Of a stretch of DNA of 64,000 nucleotides, positions 1 through 11,289 are shown in pieces; positions within the stretch are counted from its first letter, which is position 1; the number at the start of each line of letters is the position of its first letter. A program made the position numbers and the translations under genes. The stretch spans positions 310,001 to 374,000 of the forward strand of contig CP142730.1 in the NCBI GenBank assembly GCA_036630325.1, given 5' to 3'. Under the pieces are notes generated by a model that saw only the letters and a list, made by a program, of their open reading frames with translations, made no database searches and was not told the origin of the DNA. Origin of the DNA: Vairimorpha necatrix. Its lineage: Eukaryota.

Positions 1-707
1 ATATTTCTGACATAAATCGACAAGTACTTGATTTACAAATTCTCTGCCGTTATCAGTATGAAGTATAAAACAAGGGCCAAACGTCCTAAACAATGTTTCA
101 AAAGCATTCCCTACGCTAATACCTGTTTTGTCAAGCAGTGGTACCGTCCAACAAAATTGGTAAAAGAATCTACAACATTTAATAACCATTTATATCCTTC
201 ATTGAGTTTGTGATATAGCCGGAGATCAATCAAGTCTGCAACATATCTTTCCCTTGGATATTTTGATACAATTGGTCTAATAACTGGTCTAGTTACTAGA
301 TTTCTCTTTGATTGACATATTTCACAGCTATTCAAAACTCTATTGATATCGTTTTTGGTTGCGTCGTAAACTTTTGTTTGCAATAATGGAAACAATCTGT
401 CCCGTCACGCATGCCCATTTGAGACGTGGATCAATAATTAATCAATTTTAAAACGTTGCTCGTTGGTGGTAAAGAATCTTAACGATTTATATAGACCTAC
501 TTTAAATCTCACCGTGAGCTCTGTGATACCATCAATTACATCCTCAAAAAGGATAAATTTTTTTGCTTTTTTCCTAAAAGCGTCTCTTGCTTGTCTTTCA
601 ACCAACCTTGTTGGAACGATACCAGTCTGTAAAAAGACAAAAACTTCTTGTCTTTCATTGTTATCCAATTTTATTTTCATGCCCCTAAAATTAAATAATT
701 TTTATAT

Positions 708-2970
708 TGTGGTATCCCGGGGAAACCCTCCCGGTTATAAAGTAGTATTCTAAAATACTTTTAATAAATTGTTTTTTATTTGTTTCAGTCCCTCTGGACT
801 CTCTAACATGACGCTCCTTGGTCCTCTCATCCATCTCCTTTTATGTACCCTTCCTTTTCTGAAAATATATTTATAGTAAATTTTGTTCATGAAAATTCAA
901 TGAGAGTTTTGACAGGGAAGGAAATAAAATAAATGTTGAAGACTAACAGTCTACAACATCCTGCCCCCTCTCAAAGCTTTAGCTGTTTCCTGTGAAACCA
1001 TCCTACTAATCCATGTACTTTGTACCATAATCCATTTTTTCCCTTTTTGCACACCTTGTATGGTCCTATAAATTTTTTATCAAGTTTGTTTCTTGAAAAA
1101 TTCTTCACATAAACAATGTCTTCGTTTTTTGGCACCTGGTCATAAATTTTTACCTTGATCATTTTATTTCTAGATCTCTCTGTATTGGTGTTTCCCTTTT
1201 TTCTAAAAGGATCATAAAATCTTATATCGGTACTTTTATCTCGATATTTTACTACAGTATCGAACTGCTCTTTTAATTTTTTATTAGTAGTTTTAACAGC
1301 ATTACATTCGCCTACTACTTCCATAATTTTATTATTTTTAATCCAACTACCTTTTCCAAATGCTTTATTTCTTTCATCTTTGGTTTATTCCTGATATATT
1401 TAATATTAATATCTTTAGTTTTCGCTGTATAATTTTTTTACTTTTATCTTATCTTCTTTTTCGATTTTTTTATCTTCCACTATGCAAATTCTTTCAATCA
1501 TTGCCTTGTCTAATGTCTTTTCTTCTATTTCTTTGTATTCAATAAATTTAATCAATTCATTATCACACATTACCACTTTATTTTTGTATCTAGAACACAA
1601 TTATTACCAAATAAAAAATCTCCACCTAAGATTACCTCATGCATACATTTATCAAAAATATATGGCTTAATAGTGTAATCTCTATCTACACCTTCAAATT
1701 TAAAATTAAATTCTGTTGATCTATTAGTAGCCATCACCTCGCCATTTGCTATAACTGTTTTAATTAACTTATTCTTTTTTGACTTTAAATTTAATTTATG
1801 GACTAGTTCTTTAGATATGAAGCTTCTGCTAGCTCCACTATCAAGTAATGTTTTTATTTTTAAGCCATTTATTTCGGCTCTTACCCTCGTTTCACTGATG
1901 GGATCTTTCACTTCTTCCATAATATTCATTTCATCACTTCTTGTTTGGCGGTTATCATAATGCGCCTTTTTATCTTTATTAGAAAACAATCAACTGAGTT
2001 GTGCCCATTGTGCTTACAATATCTGCACCATTTCTTTTGTACAGGGAAAATATTGTCCCTAAAATTATTAGTAGCTTCTTCGTGGTTTCTCATATCCATG
2101 TTGTTGTTTCTTAACTTTAAAATTTCTTCCTCCATCGTCTTTAACTTCTTCATATATGCATCCAAATTATGCACATCAAGACTTTCAATTAGTATTCTCT
2201 TCGTTTTGCTTCCTAAACCCTTCTTGAAGCATTCCCATAGCTTCCTGTTGTATTCTTCTCTGCTTATCTTATGGGCAATACTATAATATTTTATATAACT
2301 ATTGATGTATTCATAATACTCACTTATCGACTCAAAATTTTCTTGTCTTGCACTGGATAATTTATCAATCCATTCTTCCGCTCTATCAATACTATAAGCT
2401 CTACTTAGAATTCTTTCGGTAATTTTACTTAATTCTCCTTTAAATACTTTATCATCAATTGACTTATCACTTATTAAATCTCTTAAGATGAGCTCATACT
2501 GCTCACTGTTCCATTTATTTCTTAAACTTATTTTTTCGAATGTTTCTAGACATTCACACATATCAAAACTATAAATATCCTCTATGACATTTAACTCGGT
2601 CTCGATCTTCATATCCGTTCCTATAACGGTGTAACTTAATTTCACTTTCTTCTTGTTAACCTCACTATGGTTAATCTTTTTGTAGCTCGTGCTCAAAATA
2701 CTCGCACTTGAATTCAAGCTGTGGTATCCCGGGGAAACCCTCCCGGTTATAAAGCAGTATTCTAAAATACTTTTAATAAATTGTTTTTTATTTGTTTCAG
2801 TCCCTCTGGACTTTCTAACATGACGCTCCTTGGTCCTCTCATCCATCTCCTTTTATGTACCCTTCCTTTTCTGAAAATATATTTATAGTAAATTTTGTTC
2901 ATGAAAATCCAATGAGAGTTTTGACAGGGAAGGAAATAAAATAAATGTTGAAGACTAACAGTCTACAACA
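708..2970 (-). mobile_element. Non-autonomous Ty3/Gypsy-type LTR element E1 (Gag-protease-IN C-tail; no RT, RNase H or IN core)
   Basis: 251-bp LTRs at 708-958 and 2720-2970 (TG...CA, 3 differences seen). TSD TATAT at 703-707 and 2971-2975. PPT GAGAGGGGCAGGA next to the 3' LTR. Confidence 0.95.
971..2846 (-). pseudogene. Frameshifted Gag-aspartic protease polyprotein of E1 (homolog of ORF 32708-34633)
   Basis: Pieces 1926-2846 (Gag, knuckle WCRYCKHNGHNSVDC), 1570-1989 (LLDSGASRSFI), 1415-1600 and 971-1324 (VYVKNF...FIGPY...WFHRKQLKL) are collinear with the 641-aa ORF. Confidence 0.9.
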
Positions 2971-3008
2971 TATATACAAATTACAAAGAAAAACCAACGA
3001 TTTTTTAG

Positions 3009-3195
3009 CTTAATTTTTTACCCTTCTTAAGTAAGCATTTTCCCCTGCGTCCGCTCCGGACGGATATTTTTTTACTTAATTTTTTACCCTTCTCAAATAA
3101 GCATTTTCCCCTGCGTCCGCTCCGGACGGATATTTTTTTACTTAATTTTTTACCCTTCTCAAGTAAGCATTTTCCCTTGCATCCGCTCCGGACGG
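3009..3195. repeat. Three tandem 66-bp subterminal repeats of the Ginger-like element
   Basis: Units start at 3009, 3075 and 3141 (cttaattttttacccttc...gcgtccgctccggacgg). The last unit runs into the TGACA terminus. Confidence 0.9.
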
Positions 3196-3399
3196 TGACA
3201 GTAACTTTTATATTATGGCATTATAGATAAAAACATACACTTTCTGGTTCGTCTTTTGTTTGGCGGCGATGACGTATTTGTTCACGCCGCCGACTCGGCT
3301 GTAATTGGGATTTGACAGCCGAGCGATTTTAATTTTTTAAGTTTGTTTTGATTTCGAGAGCCTCGGGAAGATTGTCGAGTGACATGTACCAAACAAATA

Positions 3400-4790
3400 A
3401 TTTTTTAAAATCGATTGTTTAATATTAAAATTTTTTTAGCCTAGACAAAGTGAAGAAATTGTGTACCTTCTTCAGTTTCATATTTCTTCCTGTTGTTTGA
3501 GAGAATTTCTGTAATCGTACTGCTTAAGACAAAAAGAAAGATAATTTTAGTTTTTTTGTTTTGATATTATTATCAAAGTCTCTAGCTACAATTACCTTGT
3601 CCCCAATTTCAAAAGTATATTTTGAGATATGGAACAATGAATGACGACCATTCTTGCAAATTAATTAAGATCAACTGAACCAGTTTCTATTTTTTTTTCA
3701 AGAACACCAATCACAACTTTATTTTAATTTTCTGCATCAATCATCAATTCAACTTTTTTCATGCTATCATTGGAAGACTCGTTATCATCCTAGGTAAAAA
3801 CTAAATTAAATCCTGATATTTTTGAAAAAGAGTTAATAGAACTGCTTTGTTGCACTATGTTTTGCTAAATTATAAATAAACGACTTTATTAAGATGTTTT
3901 AGCCTTTTATTTTCATATTCTGTTCTAAATTACCAACGGCACAAACCTTATTCAAAAATTATTTTACAATAACGCGAGTTAAAGTTTGGTTAAACCTTTC
4001 TATTTGCCTGTTTAGTTGTGGTGACGCCACCTACTATGTTTTTGGACAATAACAAAATCTGCACAAAGTTTATTTATATTCTAAATGCAGAATTGCTTCC
4101 GTTATCGGTTTGACGAATCTTGGAGGACCAGTTATTTGTAAAATAATAATTTTAGGTTTTCTCTTGCCTCTTCTCCCGTTTTACTTTTCTTTGGAAGAAC
4201 AAGGCAAACTTAGAATACACATCAATTATTTTTAAAATCCAACAATACCCATCGATAAACTTTTTATAACCCGTCACGTCATATCGATTAAAACGGTCAT
4301 AATTAGTTCCATTGGCTCAAGGCCGTATTATGAACTTGGCGCTCTATATTTTTTAACGGTTGCGATTGTCCAATACGATGCATTCGGAGAAGACTTTTCT
4401 AATAATGTCCTTAGTGATTTTATTAAAACTTTGTTGCATGATGTTCAAATCTGTTGGCGCCCCGTGATAAAGCTACTGGAAAGCTCTACATTCAACTTCC
4501 ATAGCTTCAAGCTGTTCACATGAAAAAACTTTTAAATGGTTTCCATTGGCCTCAACCCCCAAATATAGCTCCCATCTATAAGAAGGCAATTGACAACTTT
4601 TTGTTTCAACCGTTTTTTGTTGCTTTTTAAAACAACTTTAATATCTTGCATTGTAAAATTAATGTTAAATTATCATAATTAACAGCATTTCTGGGAGTAC
4701 GAATCCTTTTAAAAGTATAAAAAATCATTTTAGTTATCAAATTGAATTATGCAAGTGTTGCTTTATGATAAAACTAAATGTTTTTTGAGT
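3400..4790 (-). pseudogene. Degenerate Ginger-like integrase (rve) relic
   Basis: Minus-strand remnants of integrase motifs with many stops; clear DNA similarity to 7480-7860 and 9367-9960 in the opposite orientation. Confidence 0.55.
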
Positions 4791-5356
4791 ATGCCATAGT
4801 CTAGTGGCATGATAGGTGTTTCCCACGTATGGGTCGTGGGGTTGGATTCAAATTGAAGCATTTAATTATCTAATTGAGATATATTTTAATTTAGATTTAG
4901 ATAGGGCTTTCTTAAAGGAAAACTCGGGGGCAATGCTTGCACGGGGTGGAAATATTAGGAGATCATCAAACATTTCTGGATGGAACCCCCTTGGGTTCAA
5001 CGCCTGCACGGGGTCAACGCTCGCTCGCCACAATTATCATATAAGTTGGTTGTTTAAAAGAATGATAAATATAACAAAGAAATTTATCATATGCGGTGTT
5101 CAAAAATAATCTTTTGAAATATAAAAAAAGTAAAATGATAGCGATAGAAAAGTTCGAGAAGATAAATACGGATATCTAAAGATCATAATTTTAGATGATT
5201 TTATAACTTCTGGTAGGAAAAAAGTGGAATATTGTGGTTTCGGGCCAACCTTCCAGGGAGTGAATACCACTCTATAATATTTTTTATAAGTGTTTTTATT
5301 ATTGTTGTTAGCGCTGTTTTAGCTTTCTTTGAATACGTTTCCATTATTACTCTTTC

Positions 5357-6460
5357 GGTGCATCTTTAGTAACGGGCCAGAAGGTAAGGGTCCCCCCTTA
5401 TAAACAAAAAATTTAGAAAAAATACATAAAAAACATATAAAAAGGCAGTTTTAATTCAATAACTTAGATAATAGATCAAGAAATCCATGATAAAAGCCGT
5501 TTATGTCGTCTTCTAGCAACATTTTCTTTCTAAACATAAACTCGTCTAGCCAAGTATCTATTTCAGACCGTTTTACTCCATGTTCTTTTGTCATCTCTGA
5601 TTTTAATTGTGACCAGACGTTTTCAATGTTATTTGTATGTATGCCATCAGTTGATAAGAATCCTATAGAATGATTAACGACATGATGATCCAAACATAAG
5701 TTCTCGGCAACACGAGGATAACTCGGATGCCCGTCACTGTGTAGCACCGAACCCACGCCAATTTTTCCCTCTAAAGCGGCTGTAAGGCATTCAACCGTTC
5801 TATTTTCTACTCTCGTAATGTAAAAATTTGAAGGGTTTTGTGTATCAATTATGCCTACGATCCAAACGGTGTCCCTTATGTAATCATCGGCGCTTGTAGG
5901 GGACCGTATTTTACCCCTTCTGCAAATTACGGATTCGTCTACTTGGATAACTTGACCCGGTCCACCTATTACCATTCTATTTCGGATGGTTTCCCTAAAA
6001 ATACTTCTTAACCTTGCTTTAGCCGATGAAATTATAGCAGTAGAAATACCTAATCTCGCCATTATCTGAAAGTAAGAGTTCCTACACAGTATCATAAAGA
6101 TAAGATCGCAAAAAGTAAATAATGGCAGTTTGCAGCCTTTATTAATAGCTTCCCTGACATTGCATTTGTAATTCATGCAACGATACGCTCCTCTAGTAAC
6201 GACCACTTCTATCCTAGGCCCTAACTTCATTATAGAGCCACACTTGGTGCATGGTTTTTCTTCTTTTAGAACTTCTAAATACACTAAAGACTCTAAACAG
6301 GCGTCTAAGTCATGAAAAAGTCTTTGTATTAGCACAAGCTGCATTTTGGTGCTTTTCTTTAGTAACGGGCCAGAGTTTTCAAAATTTGTATTCTCCATTT
6401 AGGGGGGTAAAAATTATTTTTTAAAACTGTAAAATTCTGGCCCGTTACTAAAGATGCACC
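5357..6460 (-). mobile_element. Merlin (IS1016-like) DNA transposon with intact transposase
   Basis: Perfect 26-bp TIR ggtgcatctttagtaacgggccagaa at 5357 and its reverse complement ending at 6460. TSD is imperfect. Confidence 0.9.
5451..6398 (-). CDS. Merlin/ISXO2-like DDE transposase, 315 aa
   Basis: N-terminal Zn finger (CTKC...YRC...C) and motifs GGPGQVIQVDES, VLHSDGHPSY, VNHS, HTNNIENVWSQLK. CCC motif precedes the ATG. Confidence 0.92.
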   Translation of the reverse strand: MENTNFENSGPLLKKSTKMQLVLIQRLFHDLDACLESLVYLEVLKEEKPCTKCGSIMKLGPRIEVVVTRGAYRCMNYKCNVREAINKGCKLPLFTFCDLIFMILCRNSYFQIMARLGISTAIISSAKARLRSIFRETIRNRMVIGGPGQVIQVDESVICRRGKIRSPTSADDYIRDTVWIVGIIDTQNPSNFYITRVENRTVECLTAALEGKIGVGSVLHSDGHPSYPRVAENLCLDHHVVNHSIGFLSTDGIHTNNIENVWSQLKSEMTKEHGVKRSEIDTWLDEFMFRKKMLLEDDINGFYHGFLDLLSKLLN

Positions 6461-6499
6461 CTTCTTTTTATATAAATTACTTATTGCAAATATTTTTCT

Positions 6500-7436
6500 A
6501 GAAAATTTGGTTTTTATTGAAAAAAATAAAATGACATGTTGTAGAAATATGGTCTACAATAGTTATATCTTATCGATGTCGGATATATATATTTGAAGTT
6601 CCCTCGACCTTTTTTTATATACGGTAAAATGAGAGTCAGTAATTGAAGCACTGGAAAATTGGATAAATACATACGGCAAGCCAAAAATATTAATATTAGA
6701 CAAGACACCGGCGCATAAGCAAACAAATTAGAGAAATCCGAACTGAACAACAAATTAAACATGTCTTACTACCTACATTGCTCCTAGTTTAAATGTTATA
6801 TCAGATGCTATAACAAGACTATTACGTTTGTGTCGTGTATAAGTAAAAGCAGAAAAAATAGACTCACTCTAGCAAACGCAAGAGATGCAATAAACAGAAA
6901 TGTACAATAGGAATATAGGCATATCACCATTTATAATCGTGAACAAATATGATGAACATGATTCCATGCAAAGACCAATATTATATAAACATCCATATAG
7001 CGCAACTGCTGTATAGTTTGCTAAAATCATAGATTTATACCGAGAACGCTAATTTAATTCAGATAAACTTGATATTAAAAATACTAAATTACAAAGAATT
7101 TTGGCAGTTAGTAAGAAAGGTTATTGGGTCAGGCAAAAGGAAAAAATGTGGGCATATCAAAACTTTAAAGTTCTGGAAGGAGCAGATGTGGTATTATCCA
7201 CATGTCAAGAAAACAATTTTTTTGTTAAATTTTTTTCTGAAAAAATGAATCTTCTAGAATTTTATTTTTTATAAATATTTATCTTTGAAAAGAAGGGTAT
7301 GAGCTACTAGAGAAGAAGTCATAAGCAAAGCTATGACAGATCTGAATTAAAAAAGACTAATTCAGGGCGAGGAGTCAGTAAGACTAACTATTTAGAAACT
7401 TATTTTAAACTGGAGACCATGGCCGGCGATAACCTC
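6500..7436 (+). mobile_element. Degenerate Gypsy 3' fragment (integrase remnant, PPT, 3' LTR)
   Basis: Integrase-like remnants, then PPT ggaaggagcaga, then an LTR starting tgtggtattatccaca at 7187 with the same TATA/aagggta layout as the E1/E2 LTRs. Right end is approximate. Confidence 0.55.
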
Positions 7437-7868
7437 GGTTTTCTTAAAAGCCCAGGGACATTTTTAGAAAAATCGTTTACGAATGCATTGTATGTGAACA
7501 TTTGTAACCGTTAAAAGTAGAAGCGCCAGTCTTATTACGGCTTCTGTCCGATGGACTATTATAACGATTTAATCAATATGACGTCTTTGAGAGGTTTATC
7601 GATGGGTATTGTTGGTTTTTAACAAAAACATATGTGAATGTAAATTTTGCCTAGGCCTCCAATTAAAAAGTAAAACGGGTTAAAAGGTTACAAAAGAACA
7701 TTAATTTTTGCTTTCAAAATTATAATTGATTCTCCTAAGATCCTTCTAAATGAAAATGTAAAGGTGTTCCGATATTCCATATAGGACTAAACTTTGTGCA
7801 GACTTTGTTATCGTTCAAAAACATAATAGGCCGAGTAACATACAGTCTAACGGTCAAATAGAAATATT

Positions 7869-9358
7869 GGTCCTACTAGAAAAATCGACTCTCAAAAAAT
7901 AAATAATTATTGAGTAACCAAACATTTTTCTAGAAGTAAAGCAAAAGCATGAGGAATTGAATATTTTTTTTATATTGGCAATGTCTTTACGCTAAGAAAA
8001 TTCTTCTAAAAATTTAGAGATATGATTATGATTTAACCAACTTCTTTTTCTATAATTGTGTTTTAAGTGGGACCAGAATTTTTCAATCTGGTTTGTATGA
8101 CCACTTTCTCCATTAGCAAATCTTTTACTATGATTTACTATTTTATGTACTGATCGAAAATTAGCCACAGCTTTAGGATATGATGGATATCCATCAGTAA
8201 CAATAATATTTCCTGGGAGTATATATTTTTAAACTATTCTAATAGAGTTTTATGTTTTCTTTTAGGAACTAATATAACAAAAAAATTCGTTCCATTCCCT
8301 TCTATACTCTACCAAGTATCCATTGTATACTTTAAGTATCGTCTTGTATAGACGATGGATTATCAATCACCAGACCATTGCATATGGCCGTTTCATCAAT
8401 TTGAATACGTGTGTTTTCTCACTCTATCTTTTCAATTTTAGAAGGATTCTCACTTATATAGTCCATTAATACATATTTAAATTCAATGTATGTGACTCGG
8501 CTATTTGACAAAAATTAATAGCTTGATAATTGGTGCATGAAAAGACCCAACAATACAAGCACCTTAGAATCTGTGATATAATGGATTATACCACATGATT
8601 TATGAAAACCAATAATTACTAAACGCTGATGCTTCTTCGGAACGATCAGTTATGGTCGACTATTATTGGTCAGCCAAATCTTATTTCTTTCTATTGGTTA
8701 CTATGTAATATAAATAGAGAAATTCCATGAACAACATGGTACAACATCAGAACGCAAATAAACACTCTTCCTTCTCCAAATCAGATAAACCAAACTCTTT
8801 TCATAACAATAAACAATCCTTTCCCTTAACTCTTTTAACTCCGTCTTCACGGCACCCCAAACCGCAGCATCATTGAATGCTTCCTTGCCACAGGCAAGCT
8901 TCCCGGTAAACACGCAGAAACTTTTTAAATTATTAATAATTTAAAAAAAAATTGGTGCTTTTTTTAAGGAGCACTTTATTTTACATTTTTTACTTGGGCA
9001 TTTGTACCCTTTCCCATCAATGAAGGAAGCTGTTTTAATTATTTTCATGTTTCTTACACAAGAATTAGATACTCATGGCATAACAGGTATTATTACACCC
9101 ATTTCTAACAAAAGTATAATTAACATGTCATTATCTTGGAATAATGGATTCCAAGGATCAAGTTCTCCTACCTTTTCTAAAATTCCTTCTACTAGCATAA
9201 TGGGTAAGAAAATGGAAAAAAACACCATAGCTTGGGAAATCGACCCCTAGAAAAAAATAGACAATAGAGTAAAAAATCGAGAGAATTTTTTGATTTTAAA
9301 GATGTGAAAAAAATTATATACTGTTTTAAGTAGAGGTGTCGATTTTCCTAGTAGCGCC
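7869..9358 (-). mobile_element. Degenerate Merlin transposon
   Basis: TIRs ggtcctactagaaaaatcgac / gtcgattttcctagtagcgcc; 8-bp TSD GAAATATT at 7861-7868 and 9359-9366; remnants IQIDET and TDGYPSYP on the minus strand. Confidence 0.85.
8572..8916 (+). mobile_element. Solo LTR (same family as 52740-53087)
   Basis: TG...CA ends; near-TSD gaatc/gaaac; high identity to the reverse complement of 52740-53087. Confidence 0.85.
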
Positions 9359-10029
9359 GAAATATTTAACCCACTTTATCAAGAACAATTTAAAAACATG
9401 TATTTGAAGAATACGTGCTAGCTGTGTCAAATTTTAGAACTAAATTTGAAAATTAATGGCCGAAACATTTTTATATGGTCGATTTAAACACTAAAATAGA
9501 AAACATAGTGGAAAATCGGGGTTCCTTATACTTTTTCTTAAAAAACTAGAATTTAATTCTGTTTACTCAAGATAAGAGCGAGTCTTCAAATTTAGCATAA
9601 AGAAAATTGAATTGACGCTTGAGACAGAATACAAAAGAGATGTGTAGATCATTGTTTTAGAAAAACAGAAACTGGTTCAGTTGATCTAAATTACTTTGTA
9701 AGAATTGCTCGTCATTTATTGGCCCTATCTTAAAATATACTTTTGAAAAAGGTGACAAAGTCATTGTAGTTTAAGACTTTGATAATAATATCAAGACAAA
9801 AAAAATCTAAAATTATATTCCTTGCTTTTAAAGAAGCTACAATTACAGAAATTTTTCCAAACAACAGAGTGCTATGTGAAGTTAATAAGATGCACAATAT
9901 TTCCTATATAGGCTTAAAACCCACAAAAAATAAACAATCTATTTTAAAAACATAGTTGTGTACTTTTGGTCTCTTATTTTTTTACGTTCTGAAGGGAGGG
10001 TCATTACTTGCGCGCCACAAATAATAGTT

Positions 10030-10200
10030 ACCCCGAAGCCAAGTCTAATGGATACGGCAGAGCTTGATGCACTACAAGTTTATGGGGGGGGGGTGTAGTT
10101 AGTAAGAATCCCGCTTTACCAGTTGGATAAGGAGCACCTTCAAAATCTTTGGTCCCTATGTAACGTTTCTCTCTACCTCTTACTTGCAAAGAAAAAAAAG
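10030..10200 (+). mobile_element. 3' fragment of the tRNA-headed SINE family
   Basis: Matches ~19185-19363 (atggatacggc...ggtccctatgtaa...tacctcttacttgcaaagaaaa), including the A tail. Confidence 0.85.
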
Positions 10201-10369
10201 AAGAGAAATGGAAATTTTGCCAAGTATAGAAAATGCATAGAATAGGGTACTACAACAGCCCGCCAGTTTTAAATTAATTGTTGAGATAGTTTTAATGTAC
10301 TGAGAAAGCAAAAATAATTAAATGAAGGTAATTGTGTCCCTAGTTATGAAATAACGGATAGAATATTCC

Positions 10370-11289
10370 TAAAAAATGGGGTTTACCAAACGTAAAAAAG
10401 GAGGTAGAACCATGTAAGATTGAGGCCGACTTATTGACCTCTGTAGTACAAGAAAGTGTTAATTCACTAGTTTTTAAAGCTATAAACCAGATTGTGATGT
10501 TAGCAGCTTCAGTAGGGCCGATATTTACACATACCCAGAATTGATAAAATTCTGGTCACAAACCGAGACTTTATTATAAAGAATGGAAATAGAATAAGGC
10601 TGAAATAATAACCAAGGTACTATGAAAAGCTGGTCCGAGGCTAGTTTGTCCATTCTCGAAGAGCTTACACATAGTGACTAGTATTATCAAGATTACTTAG
10701 ATGCCATCTCCGAGGAGCTCAGTAAACAGCAATTCAAGCTCAAAAACTTGAAGAAACTGTCCGATATTGTGATTTCTGTAACGAGAAATCAACTCAAAAG
10801 GCAGATTGATGCCACAAGGCCTTGTATGAAAGATTAGAGCAGAGGGTTGACATGATTTTTACTGAAAAAAAAAACGATAGTGTAAAGAACCAATCTCCAT
10901 AAAGCTGATCGTACTTATCAAAAAAAGAAAAAGAGAAGTTTGGTGTCTCTCTAAGGCTCAAGAAAATAACAAATAAAGATTACGGGTAAAAGGATTCCAT
11001 CATCCAATTCCATAATGTGTTTTTACGGAAGGTAACCGCTGCGGTAAATTTAAACAGAAAATTGTTGAAGAAAAATTTTTTTCTCACATAAAAGACAGAG
11101 AATGACTGGACAGTAATTCTCAAAATAGTGATATTAACCCAAAGGTTTCAAGAAAAGCCGATGTATCAAAACATCAAAAACAGTCGATACCAATAGATTT
11201 GCCTTTTTCCTAGATTGTATAAAAAAGAACTTTAACTGTGATGCAAAACAATTGAAAGTACAAGTTTCAAATTATAAACCTTGTAAAAG
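10370..11289 (+). mobile_element. Degenerate LINE ORF1 5' fragment
   Basis: Collinear with 19836-20735 (atggggtttaccaaacg...); ends abruptly at a Merlin TIR. Confidence 0.85.

Larger units (their letters stand above)
1..3200 (-). mobile_element. Ginger-like integrase (rve) DNA transposon, 5' part, interrupted by LTR element E1; runs off the left edge of the window
   Basis: Frameshifted ORFs 438-680 and 111-395 carry a Zn-finger-like CEIC and the integrase core motif RERYVADLIDL...YKWLLNVVDSFT, with no RT. The minus-strand terminus is TGTCA at 3200-3196, followed by 66-bp subterminal repeats. Confidence 0.65.
7440..9965 (+). pseudogene. Degenerate Ginger-like integrase relic interrupted by a Merlin element
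   Basis: Homologous to 3400-4790. The integrase region resumes after the TSD at 9359-9366. Confidence 0.55.

Noticed and set aside
3009-3195. CRISPR-like repeat array
   Set aside because: The units are contiguous tandem copies with no unique spacers, the context is eukaryotic, and there are no cas genes.
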